Below, one piece after another: positions 1 through 16,477 of a stretch of DNA of 64,000 nucleotides (the stretch's first letter is position 1; each line of letters starts with the position of its first letter). The DNA is from Macrostomum lignano. Lineage: Eukaryota. Location of the stretch: positions 239,215 through 303,214 of the forward strand of contig NIVC01000471.1 in assembly GCA_002269645.1 (NCBI GenBank). The letters run 5' to 3'. Both the position numbers and the translations under genes were made by a program. The notes under the pieces were generated by a model that was given only the letters and a program-made list of their open reading frames with translations, had not been told where the DNA came from and searched no databases.

Positions 1-409
1 ATTTTTGAATAGCTGCATAGAATGTATCTTGCAACAATCTTATTCATTCGTTATTTGTTTTGTTAATCGCATAATAATGGCCCAATTTTTAATTAACCGA
101 AAATTGAAAATTTAGCTCTTTAGTTGTTTGTTTACCCGAATTACATATTTTATAATCTCGCTTACAACCCGACTCTCTGCAATACTGAAGTTTTTTGGTT
201 ACGTTTTTTCGAAAGTTTCAATGAAAAAAGTGAAAATAATTCAATAAATGAATTTCAACTTTCTAATCGGGTTTTTGACTTTGAATTTTGATTTTGCAAT
301 TTTTTCCTTGCACTTCTGCGCACTCTGCTATTGTCTCAAAAATATTTAATTGGATTTTCCTTGTTAGTGCTCAATGTTAACTGTCTTCAGAATCCTGAGA
401 TTTCTACTG

Positions 410-870
410 AAATTCCCGCTGGAATTCTCCTTGAGATTCTCCTCTGGAATTATCCTTGAGATTCCCCTCTGGAATTCTCTTTAGATTCCCTTCTGGTATT
501 CTTTAAATTTTCCTCTGGAGTTCTTCTTGAGATTCCCCTCTGGAGTTCTTCTTGAGATTCCCCTCTGGAGCTCTTGAGATTCCCCTCTGGAGCTCTTGAG
601 ATTCCCCTCTGGAGCTCTTAAGATTCCCCTCTGGAGCTCTTGAGATTCCCCTCTGGAGCTCTTGAGATTCCCCTCTGGAGCTCTTGAGATTCCCATCTGG
701 AGCTCTTGAGATTCCCCTCTGGAGCTCTTGAGATTCCCCTCTGGAGCTCTTGAGATTCCCCTCTGGAGCTCTTGAGATTCCCCTCTGGAGCTCTTGAGAT
801 TTCCCTCTGGAACTCTTGAGATTTCCCTGGAATTCTTGAGATTCTCCCTGGAACTCTTGAGATACCCCTC
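410..870. repeat. 22-bp tandem minisatellite (GAGATTCCCCTCTGGAGCTCTT)
   Basis: Direct tandem copies are visible. ORF 481..696 has a 22-aa period (3 x 22 nt). Confidence 0.95.
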
Positions 871-1149
871 TGGAATTCCCCTAAAAAATTAATCTATTCA
901 TACTCGAATTCTCCCCAAAACTCTGGGATCAGAACTCCCGCGGGTTTACTTTCGAATCCCCCAATTAAATTCGCTCATTAAAAATGCAACAATAAAATTC
1001 GAATCAGACCTCCAAATTCCAGGAAAATATCTATTTAAGCTTTTATCATACCGATAGTTTCCCAAGAACACCAACTGACTCCAGCACTCCCTCTGGATTT
1101 ACTGCACGATTTCATCCCAACGCGCTTTCATCGCTCAAACGCAGAATGA

Positions 1150-4575
<3,426 letters not shown>

Positions 4576-4659
4576 TTTTGAGCTGGTTCTGCCCTGCTGG
4601 GAGGGGCATCGTGGAATTGAAAAAAAGTAAGCTGGGCGTTTTATTCAAATTATTTTCGG

Positions 4660-6250
4660 AGTGTACACGTCAGACAAGAGTGTACATATTAGATAGGATT
4701 GTACATGTTAGATAAGTGTATTTGTTAGATAGGAGTGTACATGTTAGATGGGAGTGTACATGTTAGATAAGAGTGTACATGTTAGATCAAAGTGTACATG
4801 TTAAAGAGTGTACTTGTTAGACAGGAGTGTACATGTTAGATAGGAGTGTACATGTCAGATAGGAGTGTACATGTCAGATAGGAGTGTACATGTTAGATAG
4901 AAGTGTACATTGAGATAAGAGTGTACATGTTAGATAGGAGTGTTCATGTTAGATAAGAGTGCACATGTCAGATTGGACTGTACATGTTAGATAAAGTGTA
5001 CATGTTAGATAGGAGTGTATATGTTAGATAGGAGTGTACATGTTAGATAGGAGTGTACATGTTAGATAGGAGTGTACATGTTAAAGAGTGTACTTGTTAG
5101 ACAGGAGTGTACATGTTAGATAGGAGTGTACATATTAGATAGGAGTGTACATGTTAGATAGGAGTGTACATTGAGATAGGAGTGTACATGTTAGATAGGA
5201 GTGTTCATGTTAGATAAGAGTGTTCATGTTAGATAAGAGTGTACATGTTAGATAAGAGTTTACATGTTAGATAGGAGTGTTCATGTTAGATAGGAGTGTA
5301 CATGTTAGATAGGAGTGTACATTGAGATAGGAGTGTACATTGAGATAGGAGTGTACATGTTAGATAGGAGTGTTCATGTTAGATAAGAGTGCACATGTCA
5401 GATTGGACTGTACATGTTAGATAAAGTGTACATGTTAGATAGGAGTGTACATGTTAGATAGGAGTGTACATGTTAGATAGGAGTGTACATGTTAGATAGG
5501 AGTGTACATGTTAAAGAGTGTACTTGTTAGACAGGAGTGTACATGTTAGATAGGAGTGTTCATGTTAGATAAGAGTGCAAATGTCAGATTGGACTGTACA
5601 TGTTAGATAAAGTGTACATGTTAGATAGGAGTGTACATGTCAGATTGGACTGTACATGTTAGATAAAGTGTACATGTTAGATAAGAGTGTACATGTTAGA
5701 TAGGAGTGTACATATTAGATAGGAGTGTACATGTGAGATAGGAGTGTACATTGAGATAGGAGTGTACATGTTAGATAGGAGTGTTCATGTTAGATAAGAG
5801 TGTTCATGTTAGATAAGAGTGTACATGTTAGATAAGAGTTTACATGTTAGATAGGAGTGTTCATGCTAGATAGGAGTGTACATGTTAGATAGGAGTGTAA
5901 ATGTTAGATAGGAGTGTACATTGAGATAGGAGTGTACATGTTAGATAGGAGTGTATATGTTAGATAGGAGTGTACATGTTAGATAGGAGTGTACATGTTA
6001 GATAGGAGTGTACATGTTAGATAGGAGTGTACATTGAGATAGGAGTGTAAATGTTAGATAGGAGTGTACATGTTAGATAAGAGTGTACATGTTAGATAAG
6101 AGTGCACATGTCAGATTGGACTATACATGTTAGATAAAGTGTACATGATAGATAAGAGTGTGCATGTTAGATATGAGTGTATATGTTAGAGAGGAGTGTA
6201 CATGTTAGATAGGAGTGTACATGTTGGACAAAAGTGTACATGTTAGAAAC
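4660..6250. repeat. 19-bp tandem minisatellite (GATAGGAGTGTACATGTTA)
   Basis: About 1.6 kb of tandem copies with recurring variant blocks. Confidence 0.95.
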
Positions 6251-6725
6251 GATTTTGCATGTTAGACAGAATTTTTGACACATAAGAAACTCCTACGAAG
6301 GTTGTTTTTATATATATTTTTCTTAAGATGCAAATGCTATAATTTTTTAAAACGATGAGAAACCTCATGAGTCATTTTACAATGTCAAAAACATTGCAGT
6401 CGGATATTTTGCCCTGCCGTCCTGTATCGAGGCAAGTCTGTTGACTTTTAGACTCAAATCTGTGCCGAGAGTCGAGAAGGCGTCTCTGCAGCCAAGATTT
6501 TTTATTGCTGTTTCCTCATCTTTCAAGGCTAATTTTAGAATTTTGGAATAATATCCCATATCCTGTCAGGAACCAGCCCGTGGAGGAACGGGTCAGGACA
6601 CGTGTAGGCGGCCACCACCAGATCCATATTTGGCCATCAGATCAAACCAGACCTAGATCGGCAGATCCTTGATGAGGCGATTCTAAATATCCTATCGATT
6701 GCGCATTGCTGGCAAGGAGGTTCTG

Positions 6726-6750
6726 ATTGGCTGGCTGAATGCTCTATAAA
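6726..6750 (+). promoter_or_regulatory. Candidate core promoter of the YWPGMW precursor gene (reverse CCAAT box and TATA box)
   Basis: ATTGG at 6726-6730 and TATAAA at 6745-6750, about 100 nt upstream of the ATG at 6851. Confidence 0.5.
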
Positions 6751-6850
6751 TTATCCCAGTTCCCTCCTGCTGGGAGGAACCGCTGGACTTCGAGTTGCTG
6801 CAACTTTTGAGGCTCTGAGCTGACTGCTGTTTAACTCTACCGCGTCCGGA

Positions 6851-7892
6851 ATGACAACTCTTGGAAAGTAAGCTGGCTTTTATTTTTTACTTTTTCACTT
6901 CGTTTTGCTCAGTTTCACCAGATTCTGCTAACCGATTTTTCACTCGGCTCTCATAAATGAGCGTTTTTGTTCGGACCTGTAGGCCCCATGACCAAGAGAA
7001 ACTGTTTGCGGCATCGCTGCATTAGGGCAGCCATTCAAGAATGCCATTGCGCTGAGTTGCCATGCAGTTTCTGTGTGGTTGCTATGCGGTTTCCATGCAG
7101 TTGCTATGCTGTTGCTATGCGGTTTCCATGCAGTTGCTATGCAGTTGCTGTGCGGTTGCTGTACCGTTACTATTCAGTTGCTATTCAGTTGCTATTCTGT
7201 TGCTATGCGGTTTCCATGCAGTTGCTATGCTGTTGCTATGCGCTTTCCATGGGGTTGCTATGTAGTTGCTATGCTTTTCCCATGCCGATGCTATATGCCA
7301 TTACCATGCAATTTCTACGCGGTTAATATACAGTTACTTTTCAGTTGTAATGCGGTTGCTATGCGGTTTCCATGCTATTTCAAACTTAATCTCGAACGCA
7401 TCGGTTCGCCACTCTACCCTGCTCAGGCCGCAGACAGTCCGCCTGGCCGCTCCGCTGGCTCTGCTCCTGCTGTACACCATCTGCTTTTGCGCCAAACCAA
7501 CGGCCGGTCTGCCAGCTTCCGCCAGCCTGATGGAGCGCCGAGCCAGCTACTGGCCGGGCATGTGGCAGTTCGACCGAAGCGACGGCGGCGGCTACGGGGA
7601 GCGCTACTACGACTACTACGGCGGGGCCAGGTACGCCAAGCGAGGCTACTACTGGCCGGGCATGTGGAACTTCGATCGCTACTACGACGAGAGCTCGCCA
7701 CTGGAGGGCAAGCGCGCCTACTACTGGCCTGGCATGTGGCGCTACCAGCAGCGCCGGCCGTCCAAGCGGTCCTACGGCTACGGCAACGACCATCCGTACT
7801 GGCTGGGCAAAGCCTGCGGCGAGACTGGCGACCCCGCCGCCTGCAGCATCCTGAACGGCCTGCACAACAACTATTATTACTACTATGATTGA
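6851..7892 (+). CDS. Secreted prohormone-like (neuropeptide precursor) protein, 160 aa, with three YWPGMW repeats
   Basis: Exons 6851-6867 (ATGACAACTCTTGGAAA|GTAAGC) and 7427-7892 (CTCAG|G) join in frame: MTTLGKPQTVRLAAPLALLLLYTICFCAKPTAG (signal peptide-like), then RR/KR-flanked peptides ASYWPGMW..., GYYWPGMW... and AYYWPGMW..., and a C-terminal ACGETGDPAAC two-Cys segment. GC-rich coding-like codon usage. Confidence 0.8.
6995..7375. repeat. Degenerate 10-11-bp repeat (GTTGCTATGC) in the intron; same family again at ~8085-8375
   Basis: Direct reading. It produces Cys/Tyr/Ala-rich pseudo-ORFs. Confidence 0.85.
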
Positions 7893-8717
7893 GCAGTTCT
7901 TGCTATCTTGGTTGGTTTCATCTTATAGACAAACCTTTTGGAGGCCGACAAGTTCTATGTATTGTATCGTGTGTCGTTTTCTCCGAATGTCATCAACCCC
8001 ACCAACACTAAACGGTTTTGTGCGTCTCTGAGCTTGGCGTTTCTATTTTAACGGCATGTTGCGGTAACAGCGAACTGTATCTGTACTGTCCCTATGCTGT
8101 TGCTATGCCGTTGCTAGGCTTTTGCCACCTAGATACTATAATTAATGTATTTGTCTTAGAATATTTGCTTTTGTCACTTAGCTATTGCAGCCTGTAGTAG
8201 CAGCACATACTCATACAATTGCTATGCTGTTGCTGTGCAGTTGCTATGCAGTTGCTATGCAGTTTCTAGGCAGTTTCTAGGCAGTTGCTACGCAGTTGTT
8301 TTGCAGTTTCTGTGCAGTTGCTATGCATTTGCTATGCCGTTGCTATGCTATTGCTATGCTGTTGCTATGCAGTCGATATATATCGTTTCTAGTCCATCTC
8401 AGCTGTTATTTTCCCATGTTTCTTTGAAGTCAGTGCGTTATTCCCCTGCAGGTATCGAAGCGATCAGGAAGATCAGGATTGATCAGTGATCAGGAGTGAT
8501 CAGTGATCAGGAAAATTTGATCAGGACAGACTGTTTTGTTAATCCTTAATCCTAACATTCGCGCATATTATCCTATATCCCACCCTGCGAGACTGCACTA
8601 CCCATGTAGACTCCTGTAATAACTGTTGGGTGTCTCATTATTCGGAAAGAAATATATACCACTCCATAAAATTCGAATTGTCAATATCCATTCATTTATT
8701 TATTTATTATAAATTTA

Positions 8718-9655
8718 GAGTGAAGTGTCGGAGATATGAAGTGTCGGAGATGTGAAGTGTCGGAGATATGAAGTGTCGGAGATATGAAGTGTCGGAGATG
8801 TGAAGTATCGGAGATATGAAGTGTCGGAGATGTGAAGTGTCGGAGATGTGAAATGTCGGAGATATGAAGTGTCGGAGATGTGAAGTGTCGGAGATGTGAA
8901 ATGTCGGAGATATGAAGTGTCGGAGATATGAAGTATCGGAGATATGAAGTGTCGGAGATGTGAAATGTCGGAGATATGAAGTGTCGGAGATGTGAAGTGT
9001 CGGAGATATGAAGTGTCGGAGATATGAAGTGTCGGAGATGTGAAGTATCGGAGATATGAAGTGTCGGAGATGTGAAGTGTCGGAGATGTGAAATGTCGGA
9101 GATATGAAGTGTCGGAGATATGAAATGTCGGAGATATGAAGTGTCGGAGATATGAAGTATCGGAGATATGAAGTGTCGGAGATGTGAAATGTCGGAGATA
9201 TGAAGTGTCGGAGATATGAAATGTCGGAGATATGAAGTGTCGGAGATATGAAGTATCGGAGATATGAAGTGTCGGAGATATGAAGTATCGGAGATATGAA
9301 GTGTCGGAGATATGAAGTGTCGGAGATATGAAGTGTCGGAGATGTGAAGTGTCGGAGATATGAAGTGTCGGAGATATGAAGTGTCGGAGATGTGAAGTGT
9401 CGGAGATAAGAAGTGTCGGAGATATGAAGTGTCGGAGATATGAAGTGTCGGAGATATGAAGTGTCGGAGATATGAAGTATCGGAGATATGAAGTGTCGGA
9501 GATGTGAAGTATCGGAGATATGAAGTGTCGGAGATGTGAAGTGTCGGAGATATGAAGTGTCGGAGATGTGAAGTATCGGAGATATGAAGTGTCGGAGATA
9601 TGAAGTGTCGGAGATATGAAGTGTCGGAGATATGAAGTGTCGGAGATGTGAAGTC
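8718..9655. repeat. 16-bp tandem minisatellite (GAAGTGTCGGAGATAT)
   Basis: Direct reading. The 337-aa ORF has a 16-aa period. Confidence 0.96.
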
Positions 9656-10491
9656 GCTTCTCACTTCATATCTTCGATGAGGATAGAAAAGATGAGACCC
9701 AGACTTCAAACCTCAGTATTTTCTCAGCAATTGTGCACTGGCTGTTATGTTTATTCTGTCGTCAAAAAATAAACATTCCACAAAAATAAACCTAAAGACG
9801 CAGTTCAGAGTGAGAGACGCACGCAAACCTTGGTGTTGATAGTCAGTTGTCTATTTTTACTCATGTGGAGGCGGGGGACTGTACCCGATCGGTCGTGTAC
9901 TGATGTTTTTACAGTCGGTCTGAGAATTTTTTGCCTCAAAACAAGCGCTTTTATAAGGCACCACCTGATGTCGTTTGAGACAGCAGAAAAACACAGGAAA
10001 TTCGTTTCAGCTTCTATTCAAAACGATGTTGACGATTTGTTTTTGCACCTGCGACCCAGCACGGGATGAAAGGCAATTATTTTGGAGTAAAAAATACCCC
10101 GGCTATCTCTGGTCCAGAAAAGTCGCACAGAGGTTGCTCAGCAGCCCTGACTTTCTCTCAATGACATGACACACATGATCTTCATCATCATGGATAGTCA
10201 CGAACTCAGCGCTAAACGCCTACGACTGGAACAGTGAGAATCAGAACCCTTGAGCACGGAGGACAGCTGCTAAAACGACTCGAGTACCTCTAATGGCAGA
10301 TGTTTGCAGAAAGGATTATATGCTCCTCTGGAAAGCATTTCCTTACTAATTAAGTCTAGCTGTTTCGATTGAGAGTGCCAGATGGTATTGCAGTGTTTTT
10401 GTATGTTTTTATAGCAGCCACTACGAGTATAAGCTGGCATGTAGTTGCATTGTGAATTTGACTGAATAATTTGGTTAACTTAATACTTAGG

Positions 10492-11166
10492 AGCTACAGA
10501 GGGGTGACAGCTACAGAGGGGTGACAGCTACAGAGGGGTGACAGCTACAGAGGGGTGACAGCTACAGAGGGGTGACAGCTACAGAGGGGTGACAGCTACA
10601 GAGGGGTGACAGCTACAGAGGGGTGACAGCTACAGAGGGGTGACAGCTACAGAGGGGTGACAGCTACAGAGGGGTGACAGCTACAGAGGGGTGACAGCTA
10701 CAGAGGGGTGACAGCTACAGAGGGGTGCCAGCTACAGAGGGGTGACAGCTACAGAGGGGTGACAGCTACAGAGGGGGCGACAGCTACAGAGGGGTGCCAG
10801 CTACAGAGGGGTGACAGCTACAGAGGGGTGACAGCTACAGAGGGGTGACAGCTACAGAGGGGTGCCAGCTACAGAGGGGTGCCAGCTACAGAGGGGGCGC
10901 CAGCTACAGAGGGGTGCCAGCTACAGAGGGGTGACAGCTACAGAGGGGGTGCCAGCTACAGAGGGGGGTGCCAGCAGGGGGGTGCCAGCTACAGAGGGGT
11001 GACAGCTACAGAGGGGTGACAGCTACAGAGGGGTGACAGCTACAGAGGGGTGACAGCTACAGAGGGGTGCCAGCTACAGAGGGGTGACAGCTACAGAGGG
11101 GTGACAGCTACAGAGGGGGCGACAGCTACAGAGGGGGCGCCAGCTATAGAGGGGTGACAGCTACAG
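10492..11166. repeat. 17-bp tandem minisatellite (CTACAGAGGGGTGACAG)
   Basis: Direct reading. Confidence 0.96.
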
Positions 11167-11777
11167 AGCAGCATGTGTCGTCATTGGTTTTGTGGCAGCG
11201 CACAGCTCATTCAATCCCAAAAAACATGTTCCACAAGTTTGATTTTCATATCGGTCCCAACCATGCAGAGGGTCTCTCGTTCTCCGCAATCGGCCCGAGA
11301 GAAATATTTCCAATCAAACTCGCCGCAGATATTGGATGAAGCTACCAGCATTTACTACCAGCACCTCTAAAGCCGCTGCCAGTGCCTAAACCCCAGGAGG
11401 CTGCGAAGTCAGTGAATCGAAACAATCTCGTGATGAAGACACGATTTTCTGGAATTGAGTGGCACTGGCGTGCTGCCAATCTGCTTTCAAATTCCATCAT
11501 AAATGCTGACTGCTACTCCCCTCTAATCTCCATTTCTTCCCCAATCTCTATAGTTTTCCCACGCGGACTTCTCCCAGAACGAACTGAAATTCCCAGAAGC
11601 TCAGAAATATTCTAAGAAAGGGATTTTCCTGTTCTGATTCTAAAATTTTCTTTTTGAACGAAATTTCCTACTGAAAGTAGAAGCTTAAAATTTATTTTTC
11701 ATTATTTTGAATCAGATAGCTCCTCGGCTGGGTCCATTAAAGATTTTTTAAAGCAGAATGACTGACATAAAACTACC

Positions 11778-11871
11778 GGATTGCAACAATATGACAACAC
11801 AATTGCAACAATATGACAACACAATTGCAACAATATGACAACACAATTGCAGCAATATGACAACACAATTG
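11778..11871. repeat. 22-bp minisatellite (GCAACAATATGACAACACAATT), left part; resumes at 16478-16643 after the retrotransposon
   Basis: The same unit occurs on both sides of the LTR element. Confidence 0.9.
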
Positions 11872-12044
11872 TGTAGTGTGCGTACGCACAGTATGGTACG
11901 CCCGGGCAGTCTGATTGGCTGCGGAGTGGGGTGGGTGCCGCCACCCCAATTCTAACTCCATAATATATAGACGCGTGCCCAGCGCGGCGAGATTTGTAAG
12001 AGTTTGGCTACACAGCAAACACGGCCTCTGACTCAGTTACTACA
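11872..12044 (+). repeat. 5' LTR
   Basis: TG...CA termini, matches 16305-16477, followed by the PBS. Confidence 0.97.
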
Positions 12045-12076
12045 ATGGCGTCGCAAGAACTGAACCTTTAAAAATC

Positions 12077-15000
12077 ATGACTCAGCAAATTTCACTCGCG
12101 CCACCCGGGCCGTTTACAATCGATAGCGACTGCCACTCCACAGCACAGCGCTGGACTGCATGGACTCGTCGCTTCGCCACGTACATCAATGCAGCTGGAA
12201 TCACCGACAAGACTCGAGGGCAGCAGCTGCTGCTGTACGCCGCAGGAGAGGAGCTGCAGGCTGTAGTCGAAGAGAACGAGATCGCCTCTGGAGAGGACTA
12301 CAGCAGCCTCGCGAAAACCATCCAGACGTTCTGGGACGGGAAGAATAACATTGTGTTCCTGCGTTTCAAGTTTGAGACCTGCAGACAGCAGCCTGGCGAG
12401 CAGATCGACCAGTGGTATCAGCGTCTGCGCAAGGCGGCGGAGCCGTGTGAGTTCGGGACCCTCAGAGACTCGCTGATCCGTGACAAAATCGTCGCCTACT
12501 GCGAATCTGAGAGACTCAGGAGAGACTTCTTGCAGACCAACAATATCTCCCTGGCAGATGTGCTCAAAAAGGCGAGGGCGAAAGAAGCCGCGGAGCAGCA
12601 GGCCACCGCGATGGAGAGCGACAGACCAGGGAACCGCAGCAGCTCGCAGCAGTCAGAAGAGACCAGAAGCCACAGATGCCGCAGACACCAACGCAGCACG
12701 TATCGTGCGATCGCTGCGGCAGGCCAGGGCACCCCACGTGCACCGCAGCGCAGGGCAAGAGCTGCAGAAAGTGCGGGAAGCCGGGCCACTTCGCGCGAGC
12801 CTGCAGGTCCAAGCAGGGCGCCCCGCAGAGCGGCGCCGACGCCGTCGCAACGCTGCAAGGCGAGACCAGCTACCAGAAGGTGGACCACCCGGACTCCGGC
12901 GTGTTCGAGGTCGATCAGGGTGAGCAGTCGGCCCACACAATAGCCGAGATCAACGGCTCCAGACTGTCGGTGTTGATCGACAGCGGTGCGGCTCGAAATG
13001 TGATCAACCGGGCCACGTTCGAGAGTCTGAGACAGCGGCCGCACCTGCAGACCACCTCGGACAGGCTGTTCGCGTACGGGTCGGACAGGCCGATGCAGCT
13101 GCTGGGCAAGGCGGCGATGGACGTCCGCATTTTCGGCCGGCAGGCAGTCGCCACGTTCCACGTCGTCGAAGGGAGAGGCATCACCATCATCGGCAGGCAG
13201 ACGGCCACTCAGATGGACATCCTGCGGGTCGGGCCACCACCGACAGCCGGACAGCAGGTGCTGCAGGTCGCTGAAGCGGAGGCGGCGGTCGATGGCCTTC
13301 TCAGCGGCACGAGATCCAGCGGAGTGCCTCAAGGACACGTCGAGGACATCGGCAGGGTGCTGCGCAAGCACGCCAGCGTGTTTAGCGGAGTCGGCTGCTT
13401 CACCGGGCCGCCTGCCGACATCCACCTCACCGACAGCGCCCGCCCAGTCTGCCATGCGCCTTCGAAGGTGCCGATCCACCTGGCAGACGCGGTGGTCAAG
13501 GAACTGCAGTTGTTAGAGCAGCTCGGGATCATTGAGCCCGTCGACGGCCCGGCGCCGTGGGTCGCGCAGATGGTCGTTGTGCCCAAGAAGGAGCCGGGCG
13601 AGGTGCGCATCACGCAGGACCTCCGCGATGTCAACCGCTTTGTCATCCGCGAGCGACACCAGATTCCGACTTTCGAGGAGGTGACCGGGGACATGGCTGG
13701 CAGCACTGTGTTCTCAGAGCTGGACATCGCGAAGGCGTTCTACCAGGTGCCTGTCGCCGAGAAATGCCGCAACCTGCTAACATTCTCGACGCCTCGCGGG
13801 CTTCGCCGTCTCACCCGGCTGTGCATGGGCCTGTCCACCTCCCAGGAGATCCTGCAGAATGTGATGAGTCGAGTGCTGGCAGGCCTGCCCAACGTCAAAT
13901 GGATCCACGACGACGTGGTCGTGTTCGGCCGCACGATGGCGGAGCACAACAGCAGCCTCGAGGCATGTCTGGCCCGCCTGGCGCAGCACGGCATCACGCT
14001 GAACGCTCGGAAATGCCGACTGGCGCGCAGCAGCATCGAGTTCATGGGAATGCGGCTCACGGCGGAAGGGGTCCAGGCCACGGAGAGCAAGGTCGCCGCC
14101 GTTCAAGACTTCAAGGAGCCCGAGTCGATTGGGCAGCTTCGCTCATTCCTGGGCCTCGTGAACTACCTCGCCGTGTTCACGCCACAGCTGGCCAAGGTGG
14201 CGGAGCCGCTGCGGCGCCTGACCAGGAAGACCGTCGACTGGCAGTGGGGCGCCGACCAGGCCAGCGCCTTTGAGCAGCTGAAGCGCAGCATCGCGGAGCC
14301 GACAACGCTGGCTTTTTACGACAAGCGGCTACACACGCAGCTGATTGTGGACGCGGGGCCGACCGGACTGGGCGCCATCCTGGCGCAGGTGCAGCGCGAC
14401 GGCAGCTCAAGGCCAGTCGCATACGCCAGCCGGACCCTGTCCGATGTCGAGCGGCGATATTCGCAGACCGAGAAAGAGGCACTCGCCGTGAAGTTCGGCT
14501 GCCTGAAGTTTGAGTACTACCTGCATGGATCGCCCCAGTTCACAGTGGTCTCTGATCACAAGCCGCTGACGGCCATGTTCGCGCCTGGGTCGCGGCCGCC
14601 TCCACGAGTCGAGCGAATGGCGCTGAGGATCCAGCACCTAGTGTTCAAGGTCGAGTATCAGCCGGGAGCCTCCAATGCTGCAGATGTACTCAGCAGGCAG
14701 CCCCTAAGCGAGCACGACGGAAGTTTTGGCGAGCAGCGGAGGGAGGCCTACATCAACGAGGTGGCGCAGGCGGCTGTGCCGATGGCGCTGACACTCCAAG
14801 ACATCCGCAAGAGCTCTGCCAGCGACCCAGTCATCCGGGCGGCGATAGCGGCGACGCAAGGCGGTCGGTGGGATTGCTCCAACCCCGAGATGCGCTCGCT
14901 CCACGCGCTGCGAGAGGAGCTGTCTGCGGTTGACGGGGTCCTCCTTCGACACCACCGAATCGTCGTGCCAGCTGATCTGCGGCAGCAGATGCTCGAATTA

Positions 15001-16079
15001 GCGCATCAAGGGCACCAGTGCTCGCAGAAGACGATCGCCAGACTCTGCACGAAGGTCTGGTGGCCGAGGATGGCAACTCAAGCGGAGGAATTCGTCAGTC
15101 GATGCCGCAGCTGCGCCGTCACGTCGCACACGCCAGCCGTCCGGGCCACGCCTCTGCAGCCGACGCCGATCCCGCGGGCGCCTGGCTGTCGATCGGCGCC
15201 GATTTCGTGGGACCCATCAACAACAACATGCTGCTGGTGTGCGTGGACCGCTACTCAAGGTTTCCGGAGGTGCAGCTCATGCAGACGACGACGGCCGAGG
15301 CATTGATTCCCCGCCTGCGAGAGATGTTCGCCCGTTTCGGGATCCCACAGGAGCTCGTGACAGATAATGGACCACCTTTCTCGTCCAAGGAGTTCGGCCG
15401 GTTCCTGGCGAGCTACGGGATCAAGCACCGCCTCATCACGCCCTACTACCCAGCGGCCAACGGCATGACAGAGCGACTGAACCGCTCCATCAACAAAGTC
15501 GTGCGAGCAGCCATCGAGGAGCGGCGGGACTGGAGGGCCGCTCTGGACGAGTGGCTGCTGGCCTACAGGAACACGCCGCACACGGCCACCGGGCGCGCAC
15601 CAGCCGAGCTGCTGATGGGCCGGCGGCCAAACGACATAATCCCCGCCGCCCGGCCGTCCCAGCGAGTCCGCATCAACGAGCAGCGGCTGAGAGAAGCCGA
15701 CGCTGGCGCCAAGGCGGCGATGAAGCAGCACGCGGACGCAAAAAGGCGACCACGGCGGCACGACGTCCAGGTCGGCGACTCGGTGCTACGACGGCGGGTC
15801 GGTGCCAGCAAGACGCAGACGCCATTCGAGAGCGGTGCCTGGACAGTCCAGCGGGTGGCCGGCAACTCGCTGCTGCTACGCCGGGACGGCACGACCTGCT
15901 GGCGGCACTGCACGGCGGTCAAAGTCGTCAGCCCCGACTTGGCCGACGCCGGCGCCCAGACGCAGACCGCTGCACCGAGAGCTTCGGGCGAGGCGGCCCG
16001 AGATCCACCCGCCTCCCCCGTGGCGCTGCGCCCGCACCCCCGCGCTGCTCGGGCGGGCGTGAAAATCTACAAGGACTGA
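12077..16079 (+). CDS. gag-pol polyprotein read across two -1 frame breaks (~12625-12640 and ~15170-15185)
   Basis: Gag N-terminus in ORF 12077. Zinc knuckle CRKCGKPGHFARAC, protease LIDSGA, RT ELDIAKAFYQ / IHDD, RNase H VDAGPTGLGA / YSQTEKEALA and integrase HH-CC are in ORF 12676. The integrase core (ADFVGP, TDNGPPF, NGMTERLN) is in ORF 15018. Confidence 0.93.
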
Positions 16080-16304
16080 ATTTGAAATCCTGCAATGACT
16101 GAAATTAACTGACTTTCTTTTCCGTAATATGCGGACTGAAGTTTTTTTACGTTTTTGCTGCATTCGATTCAAATATTTTATTTCCTTAATATTTTAATCT
16201 CCATTTTCAATGCGCATCATCGGTGAATCTTTCGAACTTTGTATTTTCGAGTTACGTTTAAATTGATTTTCTTCTCTCTCAGTCTCTATTCGAAAGGGGA
16301 GAGA

Positions 16305-16477
16305 TGTAGTGTGCGTACGCACAGTATGGTACGCCCGGGCAGTCTGATTGGCTGCGGAGTGGGGTGGGTGCCGCCACCCCAATTCTAACTCCATAATATA
16401 TAGACGCGTGCCCAGCGCGGCGAGATTTGTAAGAGTTTGGCTACACAGCAAACACGGCCTCTGACTCAGTTACTACA
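16305..16477 (+). repeat. 3' LTR
   Basis: Preceded by the PPT and followed by the TSD AATTG. Confidence 0.97.

Larger units (their letters stand above)
11872..16477 (+). mobile_element. Full-length Ty3/Gypsy LTR retrotransposon (4606 bp)
   Basis: LTRs 11872-12044 and 16305-16477 (173 bp, TGTAG...ACTACA, no differences seen by eye). TSD AATTG at 11867-11871 and 16478-16482. PBS-like TGGCGTCGCA at 12046. PPT GAAAGGGGAGAGA at 16292-16304. Domain order is gag-PR-RT-RH-IN. Confidence 0.97.

Noticed and set aside
4660-6250. Regular repeats as possible CRISPR arrays (here and at other arrays)
   Set aside because: The units are head-to-tail with no unique spacers, there are no cas genes, and the context is eukaryotic.
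8696-9709. 337-aa ORF and the similar long periodic ORFs at 20163, 28174-30269, 37387-37779, 44235, 46598-47412 (repeat part), 48695, 54587 and 57531-58273
   Set aside because: The peptide periodicity equals the DNA repeat unit, and the frames are open only because the unit lacks stops.
12625-12640. Programmed -1 ribosomal frameshift between gag and pol
   Set aside because: There is no canonical slippery heptamer, the shift precedes the Gag zinc knuckle, and similar single-base breaks occur elsewhere in the window. Not fully excluded.
12496-16172. Numerous antisense and alternate-frame ORFs over the retrotransposon (also over the GPCR, PIGQ and kelch exons)
   Set aside because: They are shadows of GC-rich coding sequence with no independent motifs.
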